NCBI RefSeq assembly: GCF_003704095.1
Contig: NW_020846810.1
Location: 372,001-435,910, forward strand
Source: Pocillopora damicornis
Lineage: Eukaryota
Reading direction: 5' to 3'
Length of the DNA: 63,910 nt
The notes under the pieces were generated by a model. That model saw only the letters and a list, made by a program, of their open reading frames with translations, ran no database searches and was not told where the DNA came from. Position 1 is the first letter of the stretch. Each line of letters opens with the position of its first letter. Positions 53,401 through 63,910 of the stretch are shown piece after piece. Both the position numbers and the translations under genes were made by a program.

Positions 53401-53677
53401 GTACGACATTGAAATTCGACAACATATCTCAGGTGTTAAAGAGAGTGACAAACGCACTGTGGTAACGTTCGTTGAAGTGAAGACCACTTCCTCAGATCAA
53501 AAGGACTCTTTTGAGCTGTCCGTTCCGGAACTTCAATTCGCTTTGAAGCACCAAGTCGCCTTTCACCTTTATCGCGTTTTTAATGCAGGCAAACCTGATA
53601 TTGTTCGAATTCGCCGTTTGCAAAATCTTGCCACCCACTTAGAAAAGAAGACCGTAAAACTGTGTATGGTTATCTGA
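38446..53677 (+). CDS. NOV/sacsin-like protein, copy C (exons 2-19; about 2,888 aa with exon 1)
   Basis: Exons 38446-38984, 39465-39821, 40047-40491, 41331-41626, 42201-42920, 43617-43895, 44069-44150, 44392-44826, 45277-45517, 45753-45894, 46390-46509, 46836-46928, 47707-47889, 48027-48705, 49075-49277, 49589-49790, 50344-50498, 50717-53677. All GT-AG and in frame (8667 nt with exon 1). GHKL motifs ELVQNADD, NNEIGF, STK, IGQKGIGFKSVF; DUF3883/NOV_C at the C-terminus. Confidence 0.9.
43188..43242. repeat. 27-bp tandem duplication in copy C intron 6
   Basis: AGGAGGCTTGAAACAAGCATTAATTAT x2. Confidence 0.85.
44560..45330 (+). other. GHKL (HATPase_c, sacsin/NOV-type) ATPase domain of copy C (spans exons 9-10; approximate limits)
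   Basis: LSSELYSRDTHFVLELVQNADDN...LNNEIGFEEKNIRALCDVGRSTK...YIG|QKGIGFKSVF, the Bergerat-fold N and G boxes. Confidence 0.85.
53280..53677 (+). other. DUF3883/NOV_C PD-(D/E)XK nuclease-fold domain of copy C (also about 8790-9180 + and 28717-29115 -)
   Basis: IGRWGEQCVFEFL...PYDIEI...TFVEVKTT...FELSVPELQFA...FHLYRVF. Confidence 0.8.
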
Positions 53678-56233
53678 AGGTTGTGGGCGGAGTAACAATA
53701 CTTCACTTTGAATGAAAACTTTTGGGTGGTCTAAAAGTTGTTAAGTTGTTAGAAAGTTAAGATGATGCAGTTTTAGCGGTATATTTCAAAATCCTTGTGC
53801 GAAAAAGGAACATTGTTGAATGGCCTGAGTAGATAATGAGAATTCAAACAATGCAGTGAACAATCAGCTACAGATTTGCAATCTTGACGTTTTTACGATC
53901 AGTATGTATTTTCGATTTTTTTAAAATTGGCTGTTTTATTTTCTTTTTAAGTCGGATCATAGTTTTATTTGGTATTATAAGTTTTTAATTATCGTTTAGC
54001 TTTGTCATTTTCCTATTACTGCATGGTTTAAAGGGAAACTATTGTAAACAATTGAATCAATGTTGACTCTGAATAACTTGCAAAAGACTTGAAATAAAAA
54101 AAAGAAAGCCTGTGAGTTGCACAGAATGATGGAAAAAACGATCAAACATAAAAGTGTACTGAGAAAACAACAAAAAAGACAGCGGAGGTACATCAGCTGA
54201 CCTTAAACCAGTTCTACATATGGTGTTCAATTTCCCAAGCTGCTTATTTCTCGAAAAATTTGATTGTAAATTGAAGTCACTCCAATGTTTTATCACTGTA
54301 AGCTAAATTTTGATCGGACTGTACATTCTATTTGCGTAAAATATTTTAATGAGCCTCAAGCAATTTATGCGATATGTTTCCAAATGTACCTATTCCTCCA
54401 CAAGGAACAAGCCTTAAAAAAAAGGAATCAACAACTGTAATTATTTAGACCAGCTGAAATGTATTAATTTATGGCATAGTTTCGTCGTCTTGATAATGAA
54501 GAATAAAATACAGTTTAATTGTTAACGGATCTCCTTATTTACACGTGAAGGACGAAAATTATTCCATCTAAATGATTAAGAGGGAGTGGAACAATTGCTC
54601 CTTTAATTTAATTATCCAAAGCCACATAAACAGAGGCTGGATTTGGGAGAAAACCCTTAAGTCGGCAGGATGTGCTTAAAGTTATCAAACAACTTTGAAC
54701 TGCTGCGTTGTCATTATGAGCATTTTGAAATACCAATTTTCTTTTTATTTAAGTATCAAAGTCTTAAACCACTAATTCTTTCGAAATGATCGTTATTTAA
54801 CTTTCCAACTGCATGAATACACCTCCGAATGAGACAAACTGGAATTGATGTGAAAAATCAAATTGAAAGAGAGATGCTAAATTCCAATCCACTACTGCAA
54901 CAAGTTCTCAGATGCAGACACCTGAGTATATGGCGATTATTAAAAAGAGTTGATATCTTCTGCTGGTAACTGGAAAGTTTACTCGACTGACGCTTCAGTA
55001 AGCAAAATTCAAAAGGCATGCGGCATCCTCTTTATTCCTTTGTTTTTTCTTTAATTGCAGTTATTGAATTATTCTAGTCGGATGATTTAAATGATTATTC
55101 CAATACTAATTGCCGCTGACGATAATTAATCAACACAAATATCTTATCAGGTTATTCCACATGAAATCGTGACTATTGCCAAACTATAAACTTTTTATTT
55201 TTCCTCTCTAGGACCGAAAAGTGAAGTGTGTTCTTGCTATTTCCCTCAATTGTCGATACGTAAAATAATTAAACGTATCCTGTCAGTTTTATAAAAGATT
55301 GATTTACTTACACAATTCAACATGGTCGGTTGGTGTTCTTTCCGTCGTTTTGCTCAATATCTATTCCCAACTATTTGGATTTCTTTTGTCTTATCTCTTA
55401 AAGTCTTCATTATCTCTTAAAGTTTTTAAATAATCGTCCTCTTCCATATTTATCTTTATCCTAGACAGTCCTACAATACCTTCAGGTTGAAACGTAAAAG
55501 ACTAAAGACCATTAAAAAAAACCCAAATCCATAGTTAAATTTTTTTTTTGTGCTATCATGGACTGATTATTATCATGTCTTGCCGCCCTTTGTTTGCGTC
55601 CAGAAGCACTTTTATGCACTTTATGCATTTTGATAGAGCTAGCCTATTGATTATTCAAAGTTTGTCACTCGAATCGGCCACAATCGTATCCACCTGAACC
55701 ATGCTTGTCTATGTACGAGCGGATATGGTTACTACGCCCCTGTCGTACGTAATTATAATTTCAAGAATTCCTGTTACTTGAATATGGTTCCTTGCGTCTC
55801 AAAACTACTTTGAATAACCTAATTTAACGCAGCTCCTTTCAAATGGATAAAAGCTTAGACGATTATGTAGATTAGCGCAAAAGGAGCCATGTTCGGTTTG
55901 AATTTGACAGAACTTCTTTATTGTCTGAAAAAGCGTTAGGGTCATTGCGTTGAGGTTCTGACCAAAAAAAATTTACATACCTGACCAGATTTCATCGAAA
56001 CTTCGACCGTTTTACTCTTTCGAGATTAAAAGAGAAAATACATTCATAACATCGACATGTTTCGTGATCTGAACTGGACTATTGACCTAAAGAAATGATG
56101 AGAGACGGACTCTTAAACACTGTTATCACGCAATTAACATAGCACTTAACACCGGATTATGCGAATAGAACTCCTGCAAGGTTCGTCAACCTGTTCCTAG
56201 CTTCAACTTGAATTGATGCTCTAGGATTTAGAG

Positions 56234-57457
56234 TTATCGACAACCACAATCCGACGCGACCATACCCGGAACATCTCTCAGCACAATTGTATCGTCATGG
56301 TCGTAATAGAGAAGACTCATCGAGCGAAGCTCAGTGGCTACGCAAGTGGCGGCCGGTATTTTTTTGCCCAGCCGATGATGGATAATGTTTTGCAGAATTG
56401 CGTGATTTGTCGGATTTGAGTCCAGGCTGAGAGTACCAGGACATGAACCCTCACAGTAATGAAATCCAAATCGCGTAGGTGCAATAATCCATCCACTCCA
56501 CTTTAAGTCGCGGAATCGAACTGCGAGTCTTCGTTTTCGACACATGTTATCCTCCGAACGCTTCGTTCGGGAAAGTTTGCCATAGCTGTTCTCTGTCGCG
56601 TTACCTGTCACGAATTGTCGCCTCTTCATTGGGGGAGCGCCGAGTACTCCTTGGTTTGGAATTTCGAGTGGCTCGTTGAAAACAACAAGGAAAGGCTTTC
56701 GTTTTCCTTTTGTGGTAATTTTGAATGCAGGATTAGTTGAAATGGCCAGAGTTACAGTTCCTCTGCGCCTTTTGACCTTTGAAAGTATAACTTGAGTCAG
56801 GTTGAACACAAGCCATCTGCTTTTGATCGTCTTGTGACAATCCCGAGTTGATATTGTCTCCTTATCGCCGTCTGCAATATTTTGTGACCCATCGCTGTAA
56901 ACGATGCTAACTTTCACATTCACACCCTCTCCACAAAAAACTTGGACGTGCAGTTCAGCTTTTCGTAGAATTTTACCGGAGCCGAGGTCAACCGAAGACA
57001 AGTTGAACTGGAGAATTGAGCTGTCGGTGTCCTCATTAAGATCTGTTTGAAATCGATCGTGAAAGCAAACAAACAAATTAGAACCTGCTTAGCACATATT
57101 CATCACGAAAGAGACATGTTGGCACCTCGCATGGATTTATGTACAATCGAATTACTGCTGTAATGCCTTAATACATCCGGCATCGTTACCTTGCGGGAAC
57201 AGAATCCGTGTGGTAGAGCCATCTGGAATTCTTCTGCCGACGCTAGATCGCTTCCATGTAAGCTTGCCCTTGTACAGATTTAAGATGTAGCGCGGAATGT
57301 CATGGCGATCGCTCGAGATATTAGGAGCATGATCCATGTCCAGCATTTGAAGGAAGCCAGAGGCGAATTCCTTCTCTGCTTGGAGCGTTAAGCTTTCAGA
57401 TAAAGCCAACATCGCCAGAGATAACGCGGCAAGAACTGAAGACCACGCTTTGAACAT
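56234..57457 (-). CDS. TGF-beta superfamily ligand, BMP/ADMP-like (358 aa, 2 exons)
   Basis: Exon 1 57457-57190 (signal peptide MFKAWSSVLAALSLAMLALS, prodomain), exon 2 57042-56234, phase-1 GT-AG intron. Furin site RTKR; mature domain CRKRRLAVRFRDLKWSGWIIAP...YCEGSCP...PTNHAILQ...TCVAT...MVASDCGCR. Confidence 0.92.
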
Positions 57458-60400
57458 GTTCACTGGAAAATTTGTGTGCTGGTCTGAAGCATGAAACGAA
57501 ATGCTCGACTACTGGCACCAAGTTAAACAATCACGGCGCCCTTTAAAGGTGCTTAAAATATCAAATGAGATTGCAATTCACTTCTTATCATGTCAAAGTT
57601 ATTAAATTAAATAAAAGTCAATCATGCGTGTGGCTTTAGAGCATCATTAATTCGCGATGACCAGAGAGAGCGAAGTCTCGAAAGTTCGAGTGAAGACCAA
57701 GAGCGTTGAAAATTGAACGCTGTTCCCTTTCAACTAAGCTGTAAAGATTCAAAGGCCACCGCTGATAATCTAAGATCTATATTTGTTAATATCTTGGGAA
57801 AATCGTCGCGAGGATCTCATTCCTTCGGCAACTGATAACCTCCAAGTCTTCCTGAATAGTGAGATAAACGAATCATCACGTATTTTGTGTTGTAATTCAT
57901 CTTCTTATCCTGACTTTCCTAACAGGGAGTGCTTGGTTGGAAGCGAGTCATTATAATAAAGGGAAATAAATGAAAAACTTAATAATCATTTTAACTTAAA
58001 AAAACGCAATATTGAAACTAGAAGGGTTGGTTTTGTTTGGATCGTTCTCATTTACAAAAACAAATACAAATATTTGGATCTATAGATATTGTTTCACGTT
58101 ACAAGTGTAATCCTTACTTGGAGAATATAAAGAGATACTCTATTTACTATTGTAAATTGGAACTTTGTCAAAGGAAACACCGAACAATTGGGATGCTTTG
58201 ATGGAATCCGTTAATATCTGTGACCTCCTAATAAATTGTGTTTATTTTTGTCATCTAACTGTTTTTCGGCAACCACACCTTGCTAGCGGAAATCGCAGAA
58301 AATAAGCTCCGATTGGAACTGAAAACAATCTGGATAGGGCTACAGTTCGAATGCGAGTTTTGGATCTATCAGACAGATCTATCACATTGATTATTTTCTA
58401 ATGATAAGATGTTAGAGGTTGTAGGCAGCCCGTATCACAAGAAAACGATAAGAAGAAATGCTAGCAAATTTGTAATGCATTTCAGTTGATTTCGTAAAGA
58501 GTGGAACGGTGGTCATCAGAACAAAGAAAAATATCAAATAAAGCCAAATAGAACTCAAAGAGAATTCATTTGATTCTCTGCACGCAAGGAAAACACGATG
58601 ACCGAGTCGCGATTGGGTTTAATCCTGATACGAAGAGAACTGCTTTGCGTACGGCACGGAAAAAGGGCTTTTAAAAGGGTGGCACAGTTCCATTACGCAA
58701 ATGTTACACATGCTCTTAACCATGGCAAATTAATTTCTTCATAGTGCTGTCGCGTTTCTGTTGTTATTTTTTACTGGTCTCCGAGTTATGTGTAAATCTA
58801 ATCCGATTGATTGTATTTTCGGCAAGCAATAAATCAAGAAAAATGGCCGGCGCAAGGGCTGCCCTAGATTATCTCAGTTTTTGTAACTTGAGGCGGCTGG
58901 TAGTATCAATTCCCTCGCCTTCCGGACGGGATACTGGCCTATTCCTTCCTCCCCCTCTCCCGGAATTTCGTTGAACTTTCCCGACAGATCGCTAGTAACC
59001 AGTTGAAACTCTGGGTGTGCCTGTGCCAGGTGCTGAGAGGGGTAGGGAAGAGGGGGGGACGCGGGTAACGCGATTACCCTGGTCAAGGTCACACATTGTC
59101 GACAATTTTAAAGAGTAAACTGCGATTAAAGAGGAAGCCTTGGGAATATACAACCTGCAAAAATGTACAGTTGATTAAAAATTTTCGCAAAGATCAAAGT
59201 TGACTCCACAATGTCTGGAGAAAATAAACATCAATTAACGGCTGTAACTAAGCCGATTGCAGACTACTCAACCATAATAGGTATGCAAAGTGCGAAAATT
59301 GGTGTGGCGTTTATTGAAATGAAATCAGCTGGAAAGCTTCAAGGAAGATCAATCTGTTCTTGATTAGTTAGCTCGTTCATTAGTTTTCTTCTTCAGCTGT
59401 AGATCATCTGCGGCTCAATTTATCATTTTTTTCATTTAATCGAGATCACATTGGTTGTAATATCAATTAGTATCAGGAAGAAGGGGTTGGATTAACTTTC
59501 TCATGGCATTTGTTCTGCAACTTCTGCAGGGATCTATATTTTAAGTTGTTCATTCGATGATTTGTTGTCAGTCAGTTCCTTGGTTCATCACAGCTTTCGA
59601 TCGGTTTGTTTTCAGTTTGTTCCTTGGTTGGTTCTTTCCCTACTTCGTGTATTCGTTCCAGTTCGTTTGGTCGACAGTTTTTCCCTTGACTCGTTTCTTT
59701 CCCTCCTCATTTATTCTTTCCAGTTCGTTCATTCATCTCAGTTGTTCGCTTTATGGTTTCACATGGGGCTCTTTTCAAGATTTTTCATTTGCAGCAGCAA
59801 ATATAGTCAAACGTTTGCTTGCAACGTCATGATCGAACTTGTAGGAATTCTGAGACAGTAATACCCGCCTTAGAAATACGCCATGAGCAGAATCTCCAGT
59901 CTTATGCAGATTGTATTCTTAGTTATTATTCTATCCTGCTAAAATTTCATGTTCGATTAGCCGGGGGAAGAGTATCAACCCTGACTAACTTCCTCTTTAT
60001 CTTGGAGTGATATGGCCTGAAACCCAAGAAGAGAGCAGCAGAGATGATGAAGCAAGAATATAGTGAGCTATAATATTAAATTAATACTCCCTAAATCGCA
60101 CCAATCAATGAAACATCTCTAGCTAATCGTGAGCTAAGGTGATCTCGGAGCTTTTAAATGTTTAGTAACGCCGGAAATTAACTTTGAATAAACTGTATTT
60201 TGCATCAGACCTGTAATACTTATGTAAAATTCAAGAGATTCGTTAAGCCCAGGATTATTTCCAAAGAAAGAAAGGCACAGCAATAGCCGGTCGTAACTTT
60301 GAGAGATTGTGGGTCTCGCGAATATTTGTGCGGTCTCGAAATCTCGTCAGCCTTTGCAGTAAGTCTCGTATTTCTTTCAGAGTTTTCAATGTTTGGGATG

Positions 60401-62523
60401 TTTATTTTCTTATAGCCGAACGCCTTTAGAAAAAGGTAGCTGAAGAGGCGTAGCGTTATTGTTTCAGATGTCTGTCCTTTTCTTTTTATTTTGTTAATTC
60501 ACAACCATGAGAATCACAATGAGGCCAACGAAGGGGACTTACTTTTATGATAGTTTGTTGGTATTTTCCGCCCGACAGACCGATTGACAGTCAAAATATG
60601 ACTCCTGATTCAATGCTTTGGTTTCAGGAACTAATTGTAATAAGTCAAGATTCCTTTGACGTGCAATTTTCCAAGGTTTTAACGAGAAAGAACTTTGTCT
60701 CGCTCGCCTTGAGATAAGTGGTAATGATTTTTCGTCGTAAAATGGACTTCAAAGAAATGACTTTCTCTAAACTCTTAGGCAACGTAAAATTGTAAAGCAC
60801 TAAACGTTATCATTCTCTTGCATTCATTTAATTACTTAAAGCCTTCCGATTTTTTAGGTTTAAGGTACTGTTAAAGAGTGAAAGTCCCTTATGCAAACAA
60901 GGATGATATGTAAAGTAACGCAAGTCACTTAAGCAAACAAGGATGGTATGGAAAAAAACGCAAATTATCAAAATTATGATGCTCAAATCAGCTTGTGATC
61001 TTATGTACTATCAAATTAAATGAGTGCCCTCTCCTCTGCGTAGTAATGAATTTTATCAATCCAATCATCTGTTTACCTCGCATCCAAATTCTTAAGGTTT
61101 GAAGGTTGGAATTCTGTTTATTCACACAACTCACTGCACCTACTGTTGCCCTGAAATTAAGCTTAGACCATACCGTATGATATATTTCGCGACGGGGGCA
61201 TTAAATCTACTGTATTAGAATGTTTGTTACCTCGTGAAATGAAATGCCTGTCACTCGTAAGTTTTTATTTGAATGTTTGGCGTTATTTTTAATAAAATAC
61301 ATCGTTATCCCTAATACAGCCCTTGTTTCACGGAATACAACCCATATTTTGGTTATGCAAAGGTGACAAATTCTTCAGCTGGAGGTCTATTGTCTCATTT
61401 TGACCCCTCTTGTCGTTGAAAACGCGTGATTCTATTAAAGTTGAATCTTTTTTACCCAAAGAAACAAAATACATTTGTCTAAAGGCTATTCTATCGTTCA
61501 GGAATTATAAACACGACAAGAAAGCAGAGAGCCGTTGATAATCTTCTTTCTTATTTAAATCCAACAGTGCTGCACTTAAGCTTAACTAAAATGAAAAATT
61601 TTTCTTTTGGTTGAGTTTGTGTCAAGAGGCAGATACTCCTGTACCTTCTCAAAGTTTATAGAATATTTTACAATTTTAAACCAAAGAAACATTTTTTTTT
61701 TAAACCAAAGAAACATTGGCCTAATCAGTTTATCAAGGCTCGTAATTTGCAATCTTTTAATCTTTTCTATTCATACCTTCCCCTTTCCTTGTCAGCTTTC
61801 AGCTTACAGACGTCATAAATGTCAGTTTCTTTGTACTCCAGATCTGGCAGAGTATTCTTTTTTCAGTTTACAAACTTGTTTTACTTGACGCGACGTTAAC
61901 CATCGCGAAGCAGCTACTTGAAATTGACTGTTGGCAGGTTTCCACGAAACAACTATAACGGTTACTTTTTTTTTTTGGCCTGGACTATTTCTCTCATTCG
62001 AGGATAATAGATTCAGAAAGCTTATTATCATTTACCCATCCCCTCCCAGCTTACGTTGAAATATCCTAAATAAAGTTAAACCGTTTGCGTCATTGATTTT
62101 TTCGTCGTGTTAGTTCTTGGACAATTGTTAATTGAAATGCGGACTAAGCAAACTAAATACCAGCGTTGAATTTTGCCTAAATACATAGAAGCTTTGATAA
62201 AATAAAGTATTATAGCCGAGAACTTCCATACAGAATACTACAACAATTACCAAACACACAGCGCGGGGATCTGATTATCAAAGCACATTGTAAAAATAGC
62301 TCGACTGAGCAAGCTTGGACTTGCACAACCCATAAGGAACTTTTTGGTTGAATATGTCAGCTGCTACGTGACTGATCTCGCCGAGAGTAACCTCATACTG
62401 AGCGAGCAAAACAACCGTTTCAGGTCCCTCGTTGAAGGCCGCTTTTCATTTATGGTCTTGTTCTAGTTACTTCAACCCTTCTCCAGTAGAGTGTTCATCC
62501 ATTTTGCGAGCAGACCCAATATA

Positions 62524-63910
62524 ATGAAGATTCTACTTACCGCGTGTGTCATATGGATTGTGTCGAACGCTCGCGGCGTTGAAGGTTAGCCAAATTTCAT
62601 TTCTGGTCGAATCGCATTCCACTGTTTACTTTAATCAAAATATTATTTCATGATTGGTTCTACCCCACTGAATAAGAAATCCTCACGGCCCTAAACATTT
62701 TGCAAACAGACTACCTGTTATATTTTGATAAAAGTCGCTGAGGGACTCATCGTATTAATGTGGCTGCTGTTATAAGCAATAGCCACACGTAAGCTGTCGT
62801 AAGACGTTTCTGCGTTGGTGGTATACATCATAGCTTGTTTTGATATTTGTATTTTCCCCATGCAACGCTCTTTGTCAGCGTAATTTTAATTCTTTTTTCA
62901 ATAATAGTCCTAAGATCTATTTAATCAAAAATCTAAATGAAATAAAAAAAACCTAGACTGCGCTCTCTATTTATCTTTTTTCGTGTTTTCCGCAAAGGAA
63001 ACAGGAGACGCTAACTTATAAAGGACGTCTGTGCAAAGATAGCAACGAAAGCCATTAATATACTAATATCTCAAATCATCAAACAGGAAGTTTAAAAGAT
63101 AGGAAAGTCAAGCAAACGTGAGAGATTGAGCCTAAACAATGTATCTGCACTAATCAAATTTTTAGTCCAGTTTCATCCCCATGCGGTAATTTCTAGCTTT
63201 ATTTATATGTGAGACATTGGCCTAAGTCTCATCGATAATCTATCTGTGAGATAGCTTTCGGTATTAAAGGTCAAGTGTTGAAACTGACTGATACTTGAAG
63301 TATTTGTTTTGTTTAGCAACACGCAAGGAAGTTTATATTACTTATTACCCCCTGAGCGTTGTCGGAAAATTTTCGTTCATTTGGTTCCATATGTTTCATG
63401 TTCGGACAGAACTCCTGTGAGACTGAAATGAAAGGATGAATCATGGAATTTTTTATTTCTTTTGCGTGGTCGGCGGACAACTCCCTGGACAATTAACATA
63501 AAAGAAAGGAAAAATTAAATTCCGCGGTTTTTCACCTTACAAATTTGAATTTTTCGTTGAACTTGTCAAGTGCCGTAGTCAGATCCCTGAGATCATTGTC
63601 AGTGTATGCTGCCACTTCTGTACAAATTAGGACGCATTTGTTCGCTGATATGGATTCGCCTCGAACATCCCACCTATAATGCGAACAAAGGCGTTTATCC
63701 CGCGCGAGGTGCTTAACGCTAAAATTCGACTCTGTTCTCTGAAAGGTGCGTGCAATGCAAGCCTGGGAATGCAGAACAAGAAAATTCAGGACAGCAGCAT
63801 CACAGCATCGTCGCAATTAAGTATAAACCACGTCCCTTCCCTTGCTCGACTGGACGGTGTGCAGGGGGCCTGGTGCTCGGCTCCGACCGACAATCTGCCC
63901 TACATAGAAA
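62524..63910 (+). CDS. Signal peptide + discoidin (F5/8 type C) domain protein, 5' part (runs off the window)
   Basis: Exon 62524-62584 MKILLTACVIWIVSNARGVE (phase-1 donor GTTAGC); exon 63746 onward GACNASLGMQNKKIQDSSITASSQLSINHVPSLARLDGVQGAWCSAPTDNLPYIE, a typical FA58C pattern (C..LGM...I.D..ITASS...ARL....AWC). Confidence 0.8.

Noticed and set aside
13741-54640. Copies B and C as two alleles (haplotigs) of one gene
   Set aside because: Divergence is high with copy-specific insertions, and a gap-free stretch joins B's 3' flank to the NUP214 relic and C's exon 1, while C's 3' flank continues to the BMP-like gene.
58870-59020. SINE-like repeat fragment (similar ones at about 34790-34900 and 47490-47610)
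   Set aside because: Resemblance is from memory and highly degenerate; boundaries cannot be supported.
59557-59861. Hydrophobic 91/99-aa ORFs as membrane proteins
   Set aside because: T/C-rich low-complexity sequence with no motif or splice support.
63532-63816. 94-aa minus-strand ORF
   Set aside because: Antisense shadow of the discoidin exon and intron; no recognisable motif.

Overview
Eukaryotic, intron-rich, AT-rich genomic DNA. The repeat families suggest a cnidarian, probably a stony coral (inference). Most of the window is a tandem array of three paralogous 19-exon NO VEIN (NOV)/sacsin-like genes (about 2,890 aa each). Their architecture is an N-terminal LOTUS/OST-HTH-like domain, a central GHKL ATPase and a C-terminal DUF3883/NOV_C PD-(D/E)XK nuclease-fold domain. 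Copy A has only exons 12-19 here (795-9180, +). Copies B and C appear split across strands. The block 22767-37394, bounded by two 100-N gaps, is flipped relative to its neighbours; reversing it gives two colinear genes. Copies B and C each sit head-to-head (about 0.5 kb) with a co-duplicated relic of NUP214: a 4-exon pseudogene at 24139-27733 and a decayed exon 1 at 13197-13226, neither recognisable from the ORF track. Downstream are a two-exon BMP/ADMP-like TGF-beta ligand lacking the interchain cysteine (56234-57457, -) and the start of a signal-peptide + discoidin (F5/8C) gene (62524 to beyond the window end, +). Introns hold several MITEs, non-autonomous DNA transposons and foldback repeats. 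All homology calls come from motif recognition by eye; no database search was run.
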